Under the pieces are notes generated by a model that searched no databases, was not told where the DNA came from, and worked only from the letters and a program-made list of their open reading frames with translations. DNA of 61,762 nt, filler included. It is 6 parts of 6 records of this genome, joined end to end, with 100 filler letters (N's around TTAATTAATTAA, not from the genome) between each part and the next. Parts side by side here need not be neighbours in the genome. Positions count along the whole stretch, not along the records: positions 51,485 to 61,762 come from SRR20825006_423; 5 more parts are not named here. The stretch is one strand, 5' to 3'. The translations under genes and the position numbers were made by a program. Below are positions 52,325 through 61,762 of this stretch, one piece after another (within the stretch, counting starts at the first letter, position 1; each line of letters begins with the position of its first letter).

Positions 52325-53773
52325 TTATGGCAGCTTCAGTGCCAGAAAACGGGGGGTGCCATCACGGTTGACCAGTGCCGCCACCGTGCCCTCTTCCGGC
52401 AAGGCCGCCGCCGCATCGGCCAGATCCGCCGCGCTGTTGATCGGGGTATTGTGCAGGGTCACCAAAATATCCCCCGCCTGAATACCCGCCTGCCGGGCCG
52501 GGCCATCACTCACCTGGGTCACCACCACACCGGCCTTGAGGTCCAAACGGCTCAATTCCGACGTTGATGCTTCCCGCACGGCCAGTCCCAGTTTCACCGC
52601 GGGTGAAGCCTTATCGGATTTCGCCCCGCCCTTGAGAGCCATTTCCGGGTTATCCGGTAGCAGGCCGATGGTCACCGACAAGGTCTTTTTCTCGCCATCG
52701 CGGATCACCACCATGTCCACATCCGACTCGGGCTTCACCAGGCCAACCCAGCGCGGCAGCTCCGAGGAGCGGTAGATGGTTTCATCGTTGAAACGGGTAA
52801 TCACGTCGCCCGGCTCCACCCCGGCTGCCTCGGCCGGAGAGCCCGCCAGTACCTGGGAAACCAGCGCCCCGCGGGGCGAATCCAGGCCAAAGGACTCGGC
52901 CAGATCCCGGTCGACCTCCTGAATCAGCACTCCCAGCCAGCCTCGACTGACTTTACCGCCATCCTTGAGCTGACTGACCACATCCATGGCCATGTCCATG
53001 GGAATGGCAAAGCTCACTCCCATATAACCGCCAGAACGACTGAAAATCTGTGAGTTGATCCCAACCACTTCACCGCTCAGGTTGAACAACGGCCCGCCGC
53101 TGTTACCCGGGTTGATCGCCACATCGGTCTGAATAAAGGGTACATAGCTATCGCTGGGCAGGCTGCGCCCTTTGGCGCTGACGATACCGGCCGTCACGCT
53201 GCTGTCGAAGCCGAACGGGGCGCCAATGGCCAATACCCATTCGCCGACTTTCAAATCCGCAGAGGAACCGATATCCACCACCGGCAAGTCACCGGCATCC
53301 ACTTTCAACAGGGCCAGATCGCTCTGCTCATCGGCACCGACCAATTCAGCGGGCAATTCCCGGCGATCCTGCAAACGCACCATGATTTCATCGGCTTCCG
53401 CCACCACATGGTTGTTGGTCAACACATAGCCATCGGCAGAAATGATGAAGCCTGAACCCAATGAGCGGGTGTCGTCCTGCTCCGGCAACGACGGCATATC
53501 GCCTTCACCGCCAAACTGTTCAAAGAAGTGCTGAAAGAACTCCGGCAACTGCTTGAGCTGATCCGCAGCGGAAGATTCATCCCGGTGTGTAACGGTGCTG
53601 ATGTTCACCACCGCCGGGCCTTCCTTCTCCACCAGACGGGTAAAATCAGGCAGCCCGGTTACCAGGGGCTCACCGCGCTGGGCAGAGGGTTCAGAAGAAG
53701 GGTCGGAGCATGCCGCCAGTACGGCACTCAGCATTACAAGCCACACTGCTGCGAAACGATATCCTCGTCGCAT
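52325..53773 (-). CDS. mucD: DegP/MucD periplasmic serine protease with two PDZ domains
   Basis: TNNHV, DLALLK, GNSGGPL and PDZ domains; rpoE-rseABC-mucD-lepA order. Confidence 0.9.
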   Translation of the reverse strand: MRRGYRFAAVWLVMLSAVLAACSDPSSEPSAQRGEPLVTGLPDFTRLVEKEGPAVVNISTVTHRDESSAADQLKQLPEFFQHFFEQFGGEGDMPSLPEQDDTRSLGSGFIISADGYVLTNNHVVAEADEIMVRLQDRRELPAELVGADEQSDLALLKVDAGDLPVVDIGSSADLKVGEWVLAIGAPFGFDSSVTAGIVSAKGRSLPSDSYVPFIQTDVAINPGNSGGPLFNLSGEVVGINSQIFSRSGGYMGVSFAIPMDMAMDVVSQLKDGGKVSRGWLGVLIQEVDRDLAESFGLDSPRGALVSQVLAGSPAEAAGVEPGDVITRFNDETIYRSSELPRWVGLVKPESDVDMVVIRDGEKKTLSVTIGLLPDNPEMALKGGAKSDKASPAVKLGLAVREASTSELSRLDLKAGVVVTQVSDGPARQAGIQAGDILVTLHNTPINSAADLADAAAALPEEGTVAALVNRDGTPRFLALKLP

Positions 53774-53809
53774 TGAAGTCTCCTTTTGTCAGGCCTTTTT
53801 CACGGCCTT

Positions 53810-54283
53810 TTATTGCGATGCAGGCTTAATCACCACCGCCTGACAACTATCGTCCCCGGATGGCATCAGACGAGGCTGGTAAGCCAGAGTATGCCCCGCA
53901 CGGCGGCTCATGGCACGATTGACCGCGAAACCGAGAAACAGCCCCGCCATACCCAGCAAGGCAGACGTATCAACGGTTTCGACGGGAAGCACCGAGCCCA
54001 GCAAGGCACCGATAAACAACAACACCAGCGGCAACCCATATACCCACAAGGCACCACGCATCAGCGCGCCTTCGGGTAAGGCTACATTAACGGTATCGCC
54101 AACCTGGTGAGAATCTTGAGAAGGGACGCGCAGGCGGGCACGCTGCCCGGACTGCTGTTCATTGATAAGGTGATGCCCGCAACCGGCTTTCGCCTTGCAG
54201 GCACCACAGGTGGACGCACGCACAGTTTCTACCCAGATAGCCCCGGGCTCTACCGCCACGACGACTCCCTGCTCCTGCAACAT
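53810..54283 (-). CDS. rseC: RseC/MucC family protein
   Basis: CGACKAKAGCG motif plus two TM helices; synteny. Confidence 0.9.
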   Translation of the reverse strand: MLQEQGVVVAVEPGAIWVETVRASTCGACKAKAGCGHHLINEQQSGQRARLRVPSQDSHQVGDTVNVALPEGALMRGALWVYGLPLVLLFIGALLGSVLPVETVDTSALLGMAGLFLGFAVNRAMSRRAGHTLAYQPRLMPSGDDSCQAVVIKPASQ

Positions 54284-55263
54284 CAGGGTTGGCTGTCTCG
54301 CACGCTGATGCCTTCAATCACGCGCTCTGCGGTATTTTGCGGCACCTCGCCCACCAGCGTTACCAGGTACGCACCACTGGGGGCCGTGAGTCTGCGGCTA
54401 ACGGCGACCGTAGGGCCTACACGGCTCACGCCTTCCTCCACGGTGCTGTCACCCACCGCTTCCACAAACACGGTAAAGGCCGCCAGACCGTCACTGTAGC
54501 CTTGTGCTGCCACCGGCTCGCGGTCGGAACCGCCCTGACGCCAGTCTTTATCCACGGAGGTAAACCCCGCCGGCATCCACTTCGCATCCACCGACAACTG
54601 GTGAGACGGGTGAGAATCCGCCAGTTGTTTGAGATCGCTTTCTTTCACGGTTTCCGGGATGGCGAAATCCTGCTCGGTGAGCGGCGGCGCCAGCGTCAGG
54701 GTGACAAACTCCACCCGCTCCAGCGCCACACCACTGCCATCAACCACTTCCGATTTCAGCAGCAGATTACTGTCGTTATCCAGCCACAGGCGGTAACCGT
54801 AACGGTGGTTATCCAGGGGCGCCACACGCATACGCGTGGCCGCACGGCCGGCAACGCGACCATCACCATCCACCAGAATGTTGTACTGCTCCGGCACATC
54901 GCTGGCGATCCGATCGCCCAGCGCCAAGGGACCACCCTTCTCACGGTTAATGCGAGTCAGGGTGCCGTTCGGGTGCAGACACACCACCTCGTCACCCCGG
55001 CGCAGCACCTCCACCAGGCGACCATCCAGATGGGTCAGCCGCTGGAACTCACGGCCACCGATCACCGCATGGCTCACTTCCATGGTGCTGACTTCGGCAC
55101 CAAACTGATAAAGGAAACGGCCAGTGTAATCGAGGGATCGATTGGCCTGTGCCATGGACTGGAGCTGATCCTGCGCCGGCGAGGGGTTCGCCAGCGCCAC
55201 TTCAGACAGCGCCACCATTGGCGAGCAGAGGGTCAGAGAGAAGGCAAGAGCTCGAAGCATCAT
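54283..55263 (-). CDS. rseB: Sigma-E regulatory protein RseB/MucB
   Basis: Signal peptide, RVAGR, RYGYRLWLD, YSDGLAAFTVFVE and VGEVP motifs. Confidence 0.93.
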   Translation of the reverse strand: MMLRALAFSLTLCSPMVALSEVALANPSPAQDQLQSMAQANRSLDYTGRFLYQFGAEVSTMEVSHAVIGGREFQRLTHLDGRLVEVLRRGDEVVCLHPNGTLTRINREKGGPLALGDRIASDVPEQYNILVDGDGRVAGRAATRMRVAPLDNHRYGYRLWLDNDSNLLLKSEVVDGSGVALERVEFVTLTLAPPLTEQDFAIPETVKESDLKQLADSHPSHQLSVDAKWMPAGFTSVDKDWRQGGSDREPVAAQGYSDGLAAFTVFVEAVGDSTVEEGVSRVGPTVAVSRRLTAPSGAYLVTLVGEVPQNTAERVIEGISVRDSQP

Positions 55264-55266
55264 CCG

Positions 55267-55851
55267 TTAGCGGGCCCCGTGACGGGCATCCATGCTGACC
55301 AGGCGAGCAAAGGGCATCATGCCCTGGCCGCTATGGCGCGCTGCGAAATCGCTATGACGCAACAGCATGTTGTTCACACGGGGCTGGGAGACCGGCACCG
55401 CAGTAGCGGGGGTCGCCGTCACATTGCTGGTCTTGAACGCCTGGGATACCAGGGAGGTTTCACCAAACGGACGGCTGATGCGGTTATCCGGCGCCGCAGC
55501 GGCCAGAGCCGGGGCTGCCGAACCATTCACCGCCTGGCTGCCTTCCCAGGTCTGCCAGCCAACCACCGTGGCCGCCGCCACAGAAGCGGCCACCGCCAGA
55601 CGTGCCATGCCACCCAGCCATGCTGGACGACGCGCCGGTACCGCTTCGTCCGCCAACGCAGCAGACAGGCTGGCATTAAAACCCGCGGGCACTGCCATGG
55701 ACGCCTGACCATGCATAACATCACTGGCCAGCTGCCAACGTGCCAGCGTATCCAGCTCGCTATCATCGATATCACGCATTACCCGGCGGGTTTCCAGCTC
55801 GCTGGTTTCACCGTCGAGGAACGCGGACAACGTTTCCAAATCCCTGTTCAT
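55267..55851 (-). CDS. rseA: Anti-sigma-E factor RseA/MucA
   Basis: LSAFLDGE and AVAASV TM motif; downstream of rpoE. Confidence 0.92.
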   Translation of the reverse strand: MNRDLETLSAFLDGETSELETRRVMRDIDDSELDTLARWQLASDVMHGQASMAVPAGFNASLSAALADEAVPARRPAWLGGMARLAVAASVAAATVVGWQTWEGSQAVNGSAAPALAAAAPDNRISRPFGETSLVSQAFKTSNVTATPATAVPVSQPRVNNMLLRHSDFAARHSGQGMMPFARLVSMDARHGAR

Positions 55852-55855
55852 ACTC

Positions 55856-56440
55856 TCACCCTTTATCGCCGCGCTGTGAGCCCAATAGCGGGCGGACAGC
55901 TGTGTCAATTGCTTCCCTGGCCCGGAAAATCCGGGACCGAACTGTGCCCACCGGGCATTCCATGACGACCGCAATGTCCTCGTAGCTAAGGCCCTCGAAT
56001 TCACGCAGGGTCACCGCAGTCTTCAACTCCTGAGGCAGCTCGTTGATCGCTGCATGGATCACCGCCTCCAGTTCCTCTGACAACACGAGGGACTCCGGGG
56101 TTCCAATCTCGTGCAGCATTTCTGCACCGGCGTACTGCTCGGCTTCGGCTGCATCTAGGTCAGAGCCCGGCGGCCGCCGGCTGGCAGACACCAGATGATT
56201 CTTGGCAGTATTGACCGCGATACGATAAAGCCAGGTATAAAAGGCGCTGTCTCCACGGAATCGGGGTAGCGCGCGCCAGGCTTTGATAAAGGCTTCCTGG
56301 GCAACATCCTGGACCTCGTCCTGGTCACGCACATAGCGGCTAATCAACGCAAAAAGGCGCTGCTGGTACTTGTGCACCAACACCTCAAAGGCACGTTGAT
56401 CGCCGGTTTTGGCTTTCTTGACCAACTCTTCGTCTGACAC
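55856..56440 (-). CDS. rpoE: ECF sigma factor RpoE/AlgU
   Basis: DVAQEAFIKA, FYTWLYRIAVNTAKN and GTVRSRIFRAREAI motifs. Confidence 0.96.
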   Translation of the reverse strand: MSDEELVKKAKTGDQRAFEVLVHKYQQRLFALISRYVRDQDEVQDVAQEAFIKAWRALPRFRGDSAFYTWLYRIAVNTAKNHLVSASRRPPGSDLDAAEAEQYAGAEMLHEIGTPESLVLSEELEAVIHAAINELPQELKTAVTLREFEGLSYEDIAVVMECPVGTVRSRIFRAREAIDTAVRPLLGSQRGDKG

Positions 56441-56621
56441 CGATCCCCCGGATCTATCGCGAAACGCGTGAAGTAACCATGGCCGTATTATGACGACCCG
56501 CTAAAACGCGCCATTGTAGCAGTTGCCGGCGTGGCGGCTACACCATGAGCGCGATTTCGCCACCTTTTCACATTGCTTGAACATTTCTTTGCCAATGCGA
56601 TGACGTGTTTATAGGACAGAA

Positions 56622-56649
56622 TCGGACAGGCAAGAGCCCTGATGGTTCC
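56622..56649 (-). promoter_or_regulatory. Candidate sigma-E/AlgU autoregulatory promoter
   Basis: Minus strand GGAACCA-N16-TCCGA resembles GGAACTT-N16-TCnnA. Confidence 0.45.
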
Positions 56650-56747
56650 AGCAGCACTGAAAATCAGACGCATTCTCAAGACAAGGGAGGGACAATCAGG
56701 CCCTCACAGGCGCTAAAGCCCCTGTGAGGAACCGTCGAAGCTCAAGA

Positions 56748-58022
56748 CTAGAAAATCGAGCAACCGCTACCACCGAATTTCTTTTTCACCTGGGCCATAC
56801 AGCCACGCATCAGCAAACCGAACGGGTCGCCCGGCATCGTTTCGCAGACTTTCTTGGCCGCATACGCCTTGGAACATTCCGTGGCTGTGACTTCCAGGGC
56901 ATTGCCTGCCACCGGTTGTGCACCGGCCTGCCCGCCCGGCGCGGCGGCCGTCATCAAGCCCGCCGGTACTCCCCCCGGTGTCGTCTTCGGCTCACTGGTC
57001 TCAATCATCGCAGCCACCACATCGGCAGGTAACCCCTCTTTGGTCAGCCAGCTGGATTCTTCAGGCGTAAACAGGGCATAGGGCTGGCCCGAAGCCTTGA
57101 TACTGGCTGCCATAGCCGGTGCCGAACGCTTGCGATAGGTCTGCTTGAGTACATCCATCACCCGTAAATCCGCAGGACCAACAAACAACAGCCTCTCATT
57201 GCCATGAATGTTATCGGCAAACTCCGGGTGCTTATCGACAATAGCGGCGTAGGCCTTGAGGCGTTCGTTGCGTTTCTGCCCCGCCAGCACCTCAGCCAGA
57301 CGGTCAGAGACCAGAGGTCGGTAGAATTTCAGTTGTGGGTTATCCAGCGCCGCGGCCAGCTTGTCCGTATCCTTTGATTTCTTAAGTGAATCGTAAAGGG
57401 GCTCTTCCATGGTAATGCTGCGAGTCAGCTTTTCCTCGTGGGAAAAAAAGGAGGCGTACCAGGCTGCATCTGTAATCATCTGCGTACCACGCAACTTGCC
57501 GAAGGGGATCCAGCTCATATAAACAGTGCCGCGATAGTGCGCATTCGCGCTGTAGACCAACTCGCCTTCTGAACGCATTTCAATCGTCGTATCGAAATGC
57601 TGCGGCGCCACCATCGGCACGATACAAAGGCTGAAGACACAGCCAAACGTTGTCACCAGCACGGTAGCAACCGTTCCTACTCCCGCCTTCGGCCTGAGCC
57701 GGGTCACTGAGATATCCAGTGGCGGCATCTGACCATCATGTAGCCAGTAATCCGCTGCCACATCCAGTTCATCATTGGCGCTGCTTTTAGGCTGCTCGTT
57801 TAATGATTTCTGGAGCCTTTCACTGGCCCATGAATATGCGTTATAGGTGGCTTTGCCTTTGCTATACGGAATAATCGGGTTATCCGGATTGGTATTGAAA
57901 AGATCAATCGTATCCTGCGTCAGCGGTGTGCCCTGCTCGGTGTAGTAATTGGCCGACATGCAACCACTTAGCAAGCACGCCCCCATGGTTATGGCTGTCA
58001 GGCTTTTTAGTCCCCGTCTCAT
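56748..58022 (-). CDS. Hypothetical lipoprotein inserted between rpoE and nadB
   Basis: AAGGA RBS, lipobox LSGC, internal hydrophobic segment and a 4-Cys C-terminal domain. Confidence 0.75.
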   Translation of the reverse strand: MRRGLKSLTAITMGACLLSGCMSANYYTEQGTPLTQDTIDLFNTNPDNPIIPYSKGKATYNAYSWASERLQKSLNEQPKSSANDELDVAADYWLHDGQMPPLDISVTRLRPKAGVGTVATVLVTTFGCVFSLCIVPMVAPQHFDTTIEMRSEGELVYSANAHYRGTVYMSWIPFGKLRGTQMITDAAWYASFFSHEEKLTRSITMEEPLYDSLKKSKDTDKLAAALDNPQLKFYRPLVSDRLAEVLAGQKRNERLKAYAAIVDKHPEFADNIHGNERLLFVGPADLRVMDVLKQTYRKRSAPAMAASIKASGQPYALFTPEESSWLTKEGLPADVVAAMIETSEPKTTPGGVPAGLMTAAAPGGQAGAQPVAGNALEVTATECSKAYAAKKVCETMPGDPFGLLMRGCMAQVKKKFGGSGCSIF

Positions 58023-58233
58023 ATCCTTTCCCAATATCGATCGTAATGTGTACGCCGCTCCCCCAACGAAAGCGGTGCTGCCCCAAGTCACAGAAAAATA
58101 ACAACGCTGTCACAAAACCGCATACCCCATTTGGGGGATACGTGAGGATTGGTCATTTAGCCGGAAGCGAATTCACCGCTATACTGGCCGCCGCGCATCC
58201 TATCCAACAGGGCTCTTCACAACAGGATTCTCC

Positions 58234-59856
58234 ATGGCTACCTACCGACACGATGTACTCATTATCGGCTCCGGCGCTGCAGGCCTTACTGCCGCATTGC
58301 GCCTGCCGGATGAGTGTCAGGTTGCCCTGCTCTCCAAAGGAGAGCTCACCAGTGCCAGCACCTACTACGCCCAGGGTGGCGTAGCAGCGGTGCTGGATCA
58401 GGAAGACTCACTGGAAAGCCACGTGGCCGATACCCATGTGGCCGGCGCCGGGCTGTGCCACGATGATGCCGTGCGTTTTACCGTGGAAAACGGCCCGGAC
58501 GCCATCCGCTGGCTGATTGATCTGGGCGTGGACTTCACCCGTTTTGACAGCGGCGATGGCAGCAAACTGCCCTACCACCTGACCCGCGAAGGCGGCCACA
58601 GCCACCGGCGCATCATTCATGCCGCTGACGCCACCGGCAAAGCCATTTCCGGCACCCTTATCGAACAGGTCTGCCGCAAGAACAACGTGACCCGTTTTGA
58701 ACACCGGGTGGCCGTGGACCTGATCGTGCAGGAACACGACAGCCTCAATGGGGAACAAGGCAAGGAAAAACGCTGTTGCGGCGCCTACGTACACAATATT
58801 CAAACCGGGGAAACCGACGTTATCCTGGCTCGCTCCGTGGTACTGGCCACCGGCGGCGCCTCCAAGGTGTACCTGTATACCTCCAACCCGGATGTGGCCA
58901 CCGGCGATGGCATCGCCATGGCCTGGCGAGCCGGTTGCCGGGTGGCCAACATGGAATTCATGCAGTTCCACCCCACTTGCCTCTACCACCCCAAGGCGAA
59001 AAGCTTCCTGATCACCGAAGCCATTCGCGGCGAAGGCGGGCACCTGCTGCTACCCAATGGCGAACGCTTCATGAACCGCTTTGATGAACGCGGCGAACTG
59101 GCCCCCCGAGATGTGGTAGCACGCGCCATTGACCATGAAATGAAGCGGCTGGGGGCAGATTGTTTGTACCTGGACATCAGCCACAAGCCAGCAGACTTCA
59201 TCATCGAGCACTTCCCCACCGTGTACGCCAAGTGCCTGCAGCTGGGGCTGGATATCACCCGCGATCCGATCCCCGTGGTGCCTGCCGCCCACTACACCTG
59301 TGGCGGCGTAATGATCAACGAACACGGACAAACCGATGTGCCCGGCCTCTACGCCATCGGCGAAACCAGCTTCACCGGCCTGCACGGCGCCAACCGCATG
59401 GCCAGTAACTCCCTGCTGGAGTGCTTCGTCTATGGCAAAGCCGCCGCCGACCATATCGGCGCACACCTGCATAACCTTCCCACGCCCCGGGACGACAATG
59501 AATGGGATGATTCCCAGGTCACCGACTCCGACGAAGACGTGGTGATCAGCCACAACTGGGACGAGCTGCGCCGCTTCATGTGGGATTACGTGGGCATTGT
59601 GAGAACAGAAAAACGCCTGGAGCGAGCCTTGCACCGGGCCGAACTGCTGAAGAGCGAAATCGCCGAGTATTACAGCAACTACCACATCAGCAACGACCTG
59701 CTAGAGCTACGTAACCTGGTCGTCATCGCCGAACTGATCATCCGCTCCGCCATGCAACGCAAGGAAAGCCGCGGCCTGCATTTCATGCGTGATTTTCCCG
59801 GTGTGAATGAAGAAACCAGGGACACGATCCTGACACCGGACACAATGAATAGTTAA
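58234..59856 (+). CDS. nadB: L-aspartate oxidase
   Basis: [35 protein letters not shown] and [15 protein letters not shown] motifs. Confidence 0.97.
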   Translation: MATYRHDVLIIGSGAAGLTAALRLPDECQVALLSKGELTSASTYYAQGGVAAVLDQEDSLESHVADTHVAGAGLCHDDAVRFTVENGPDAIRWLIDLGVDFTRFDSGDGSKLPYHLTREGGHSHRRIIHAADATGKAISGTLIEQVCRKNNVTRFEHRVAVDLIVQEHDSLNGEQGKEKRCCGAYVHNIQTGETDVILARSVVLATGGASKVYLYTSNPDVATGDGIAMAWRAGCRVANMEFMQFHPTCLYHPKAKSFLITEAIRGEGGHLLLPNGERFMNRFDERGELAPRDVVARAIDHEMKRLGADCLYLDISHKPADFIIEHFPTVYAKCLQLGLDITRDPIPVVPAAHYTCGGVMINEHGQTDVPGLYAIGETSFTGLHGANRMASNSLLECFVYGKAAADHIGAHLHNLPTPRDDNEWDDSQVTDSDEDVVISHNWDELRRFMWDYVGIVRTEKRLERALHRAELLKSEIAEYYSNYHISNDLLELRNLVVIAELIIRSAMQRKESRGLHFMRDFPGVNEETRDTILTPDTMNS

Positions 59857-59996
59857 TAGTTAAAAACGTCGCGAACTGCCCCTTTCTGTTCTGAAAGGCA
59901 AGAGACCGCTCCCAGGAGCTGGGCGCGGTCTCTATGCGTTGAAATCTACATACGCTGCTCGCGCAACTATTAATTAGTCATTATTAACTATTAATT
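59848..59996. repeat. Intergenic structured element with AT-rich inverted heptamer termini
   Basis: AATAGTTAATAGTTAA at left and AACTATTAATT…TTAACTATTAATT at right; internal stem AGAGACCGC…GCGGTCTCT. Confidence 0.5.
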
Positions 59997-60386
59997 GCTC
60001 TTCCTGTTGGTCCACAGCCACTGATAAAACGGCTGCAACTCTGCCACCGGCGCCTGATCCGCAAACACATGCAGCCAGCCCTTTGGCGTTTGCATGGCCA
60101 GCCAGGGGCCATGGCGAATGACCCTCAGGGGCTGCTCCATCACTTGGGTATGCTCCCCCATTACCGTCAACGTCTGCGCGTGCAATTCCAGCGCCTCCGG
60201 CTGTGGCAGGCGCCAGCCCAACAGCATCACCGGCAATACACCAAACAACACCAGCATGGCCCAGCCAGGCAAGGACGACAGCATAATGGCCGGCCACACC
60301 ACCAACATCGCCAGCCAGCGCAGGCGCGCCGGATAGCGGGAAGCGCCGAGCTTAACCTTTCTTCGTGGAGACCAGGCCGAGGACAT
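59991..60386 (-). CDS. YgfX-like membrane protein
   Basis: Two TM helices; overlaps the sdhE 3' end as in the ygfY-ygfX arrangement. Confidence 0.65.
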   Translation of the reverse strand: MSSAWSPRRKVKLGASRYPARLRWLAMLVVWPAIMLSSLPGWAMLVLFGVLPVMLLGWRLPQPEALELHAQTLTVMGEHTQVMEQPLRVIRHGPWLAMQTPKGWLHVFADQAPVAELQPFYQWLWTNRKSN

Positions 60387-60654
60387 GACGTACATACTCG
60401 TTTAACAACGGGTCCGCAGGCTCACTGCGATAGGTAAACCACTCGAACATGTCGGCGTCTTCACAGGCAAGCAAGGTGGCGAACTGGGCCTGGCGCTCGG
60501 CCGGCTCCGCGTCAAAATGGTCATCCAGATAGCCGTACAGCACTACCTCCACTTCGGAGGCGCCCCGGCGACACTGCCAGCGATATTTGCGTTTCAGGTC
60601 TTCATTACTCATTTCTGCACTATCCTGATCAGAAACTCCGGCGTCTTGCGCCAA
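60352..60654 (-). CDS. sdhE: FAD assembly factor SdhE (YgfY)
   Basis: RWQCRRGASEVE (variant of the RG-x-x-E motif) and LLACEDADMFEW; divergent from ygfZ. Confidence 0.85.
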   Translation of the reverse strand: MAQDAGVSDQDSAEMSNEDLKRKYRWQCRRGASEVEVVLYGYLDDHFDAEPAERQAQFATLLACEDADMFEWFTYRSEPADPLLNEYVRHVLGLVSTKKG

Positions 60655-60764
60655 TTACCAGCCATGGCTTTCAGGCTGTGCGCGCATTATCTATCATGCC
60701 TGATGATTTCTCGACTCTTCGGCGTCACACGCCAAGACACACATGCCCAAACGACAGGAGCACC

Positions 60765-61712
60765 ATGAGCTGGTCCCAGTTTATCGCCGCCCAACCCCTC
60801 GCAGACCATGCCGAGGCAAGCACCGCACCGGCATTAAGCCATTGCGATCACCTGGCCGTCATCCGCGCTCACGGCGAGGAAGCGGGCCATTACCTGCAAG
60901 GGCAGCTTTCCTGTGATCTCCATGAAGTGGACAACGGAGGCCACCTCACCGGCATGCACCTGAGTCTGAAAGGCCGTGGGCTGGTGAGCGTACGCATCGT
61001 GCGAGACGGTGATGACTATCTGATGCTCTGCCCCACCGGGCAAAGCGAGGCGGTGATCAAGTCACTGATGAAGTACCGTCTGCGCGCCAAGGTGGAATTT
61101 CAGGTCGACGAGCAAGCGGTGCTAATGGGACTGAGCGGCGCCTTGCCTGCCACCTCACCCGAACCCGGCCAGAGCGGACGTAACGGACAGGGCCTCTGGT
61201 TGCGCTACCCCAATACGGATCACGCCCTGCTGATCACTGACACCGAACAGGCCGAATCCGTCTGGACCGTGCTTGCCCTGGATCGTGCCGCCACCAATGC
61301 CAACGGCTGGCGTCAAGCCGACATCGACGCGGGCGAAGGCATGGTCTATCCCGGCGCAGAAGACCTGTTTCTGCCCCAGGTGCTTAATTACGACGTCACC
61401 GCCGGAGTGAATTTCAAAAAAGGCTGCTACACCGGCCAGGAAGTCGTCGCGCGCATGCACTTCAAGGGCAAACTCAAGCAGCGCATGCAGCGCATTGACT
61501 ACGCCGCCGAGGTGGACCTGGCACCCGGCGAGACTCTTCGCAACAGCGACGGCAAGGCTGCCGGTGAAGTAGTCAGCAGCGCCCGCAATCATGCCGGGCA
61601 CAGCGCACTGGTGGTACTGCGCCGCGACACCGACGGCGTACTGTTCAAGGACGAGCAACCGCTAAACAGCCAGCTTGGCGCCCTGCCCTATACATTGCCC
61701 TGGAAGGATTGA
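60765..61712 (+). CDS. ygfZ: Folate-binding protein YgfZ
   Basis: YLQGQLSCD and KGCYTGQEVVARMHF signature; AGGAG RBS. Confidence 0.95.
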   Translation: MSWSQFIAAQPLADHAEASTAPALSHCDHLAVIRAHGEEAGHYLQGQLSCDLHEVDNGGHLTGMHLSLKGRGLVSVRIVRDGDDYLMLCPTGQSEAVIKSLMKYRLRAKVEFQVDEQAVLMGLSGALPATSPEPGQSGRNGQGLWLRYPNTDHALLITDTEQAESVWTVLALDRAATNANGWRQADIDAGEGMVYPGAEDLFLPQVLNYDVTAGVNFKKGCYTGQEVVARMHFKGKLKQRMQRIDYAAEVDLAPGETLRNSDGKAAGEVVSSARNHAGHSALVVLRRDTDGVLFKDEQPLNSQLGALPYTLPWKD

Positions 61713-61762
61713 GCCCCACGGAGTCCGCGCCCGTAGGTCGAATTCACCCAAGGGCACAGAGA

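Noticed and set aside
54289-55965. 558-aa plus-strand ORF
   Set aside because: Antisense to rseB/rseA; no protein-like features.

Overview
The window is not one locus. It is six unrelated bacterial contigs joined by artificial 100-nt spacers (N44-TTAATTAATTAA-N44). Taxa are inferred from protein style and gene order only. (1) 1-13014, Rhizobiales-like: PfkB kinase, sulfatase, LysR regulator, IS5 remnant, HpxW-like GGT, amidase, and a sugar ABC operon with a GH63 hydrolase. (2) 13115-18426, alphaproteobacterial bamA-skp-lpxD-fabZ-lpxA. (3) 18527-29966, Devosia-like glyA-nrdR-ribH-nusB, MFS, bamE, plsX-fabH-ihfA-merR and inositol genes. (4) 30067-37191, Bradymonadales/myxobacteria-like: Cys-rich lipoprotein, PcrA/UvrD and a response regulator with a huge acidic tail. 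(5) 37292-51384, Flavobacteriaceae: phhA, a TPR sensor kinase/NarL-type two-component system, uncharacterised envelope genes, GSCFA and alaS. (6) 51485-61762, Alcanivorax-like lepA-mucD-rseCBA-rpoE, an inserted lipoprotein, nadB, sdhE and ygfZ. The best candidate for an undescribed system is in contig 5. A 20-bp palindrome (approximately AATASGGCAWWTGCCSTATT) occurs three times, each exactly 21 bp from a Bacteroidetes -7-like element. The three sites lie upstream of a surface lipoprotein, a secreted beta-propeller protein and a candidate ~65-nt small RNA that precedes the response regulator. This suggests a compact two-component regulon with an sRNA arm. No CRISPR array, rRNA or tRNA was seen.
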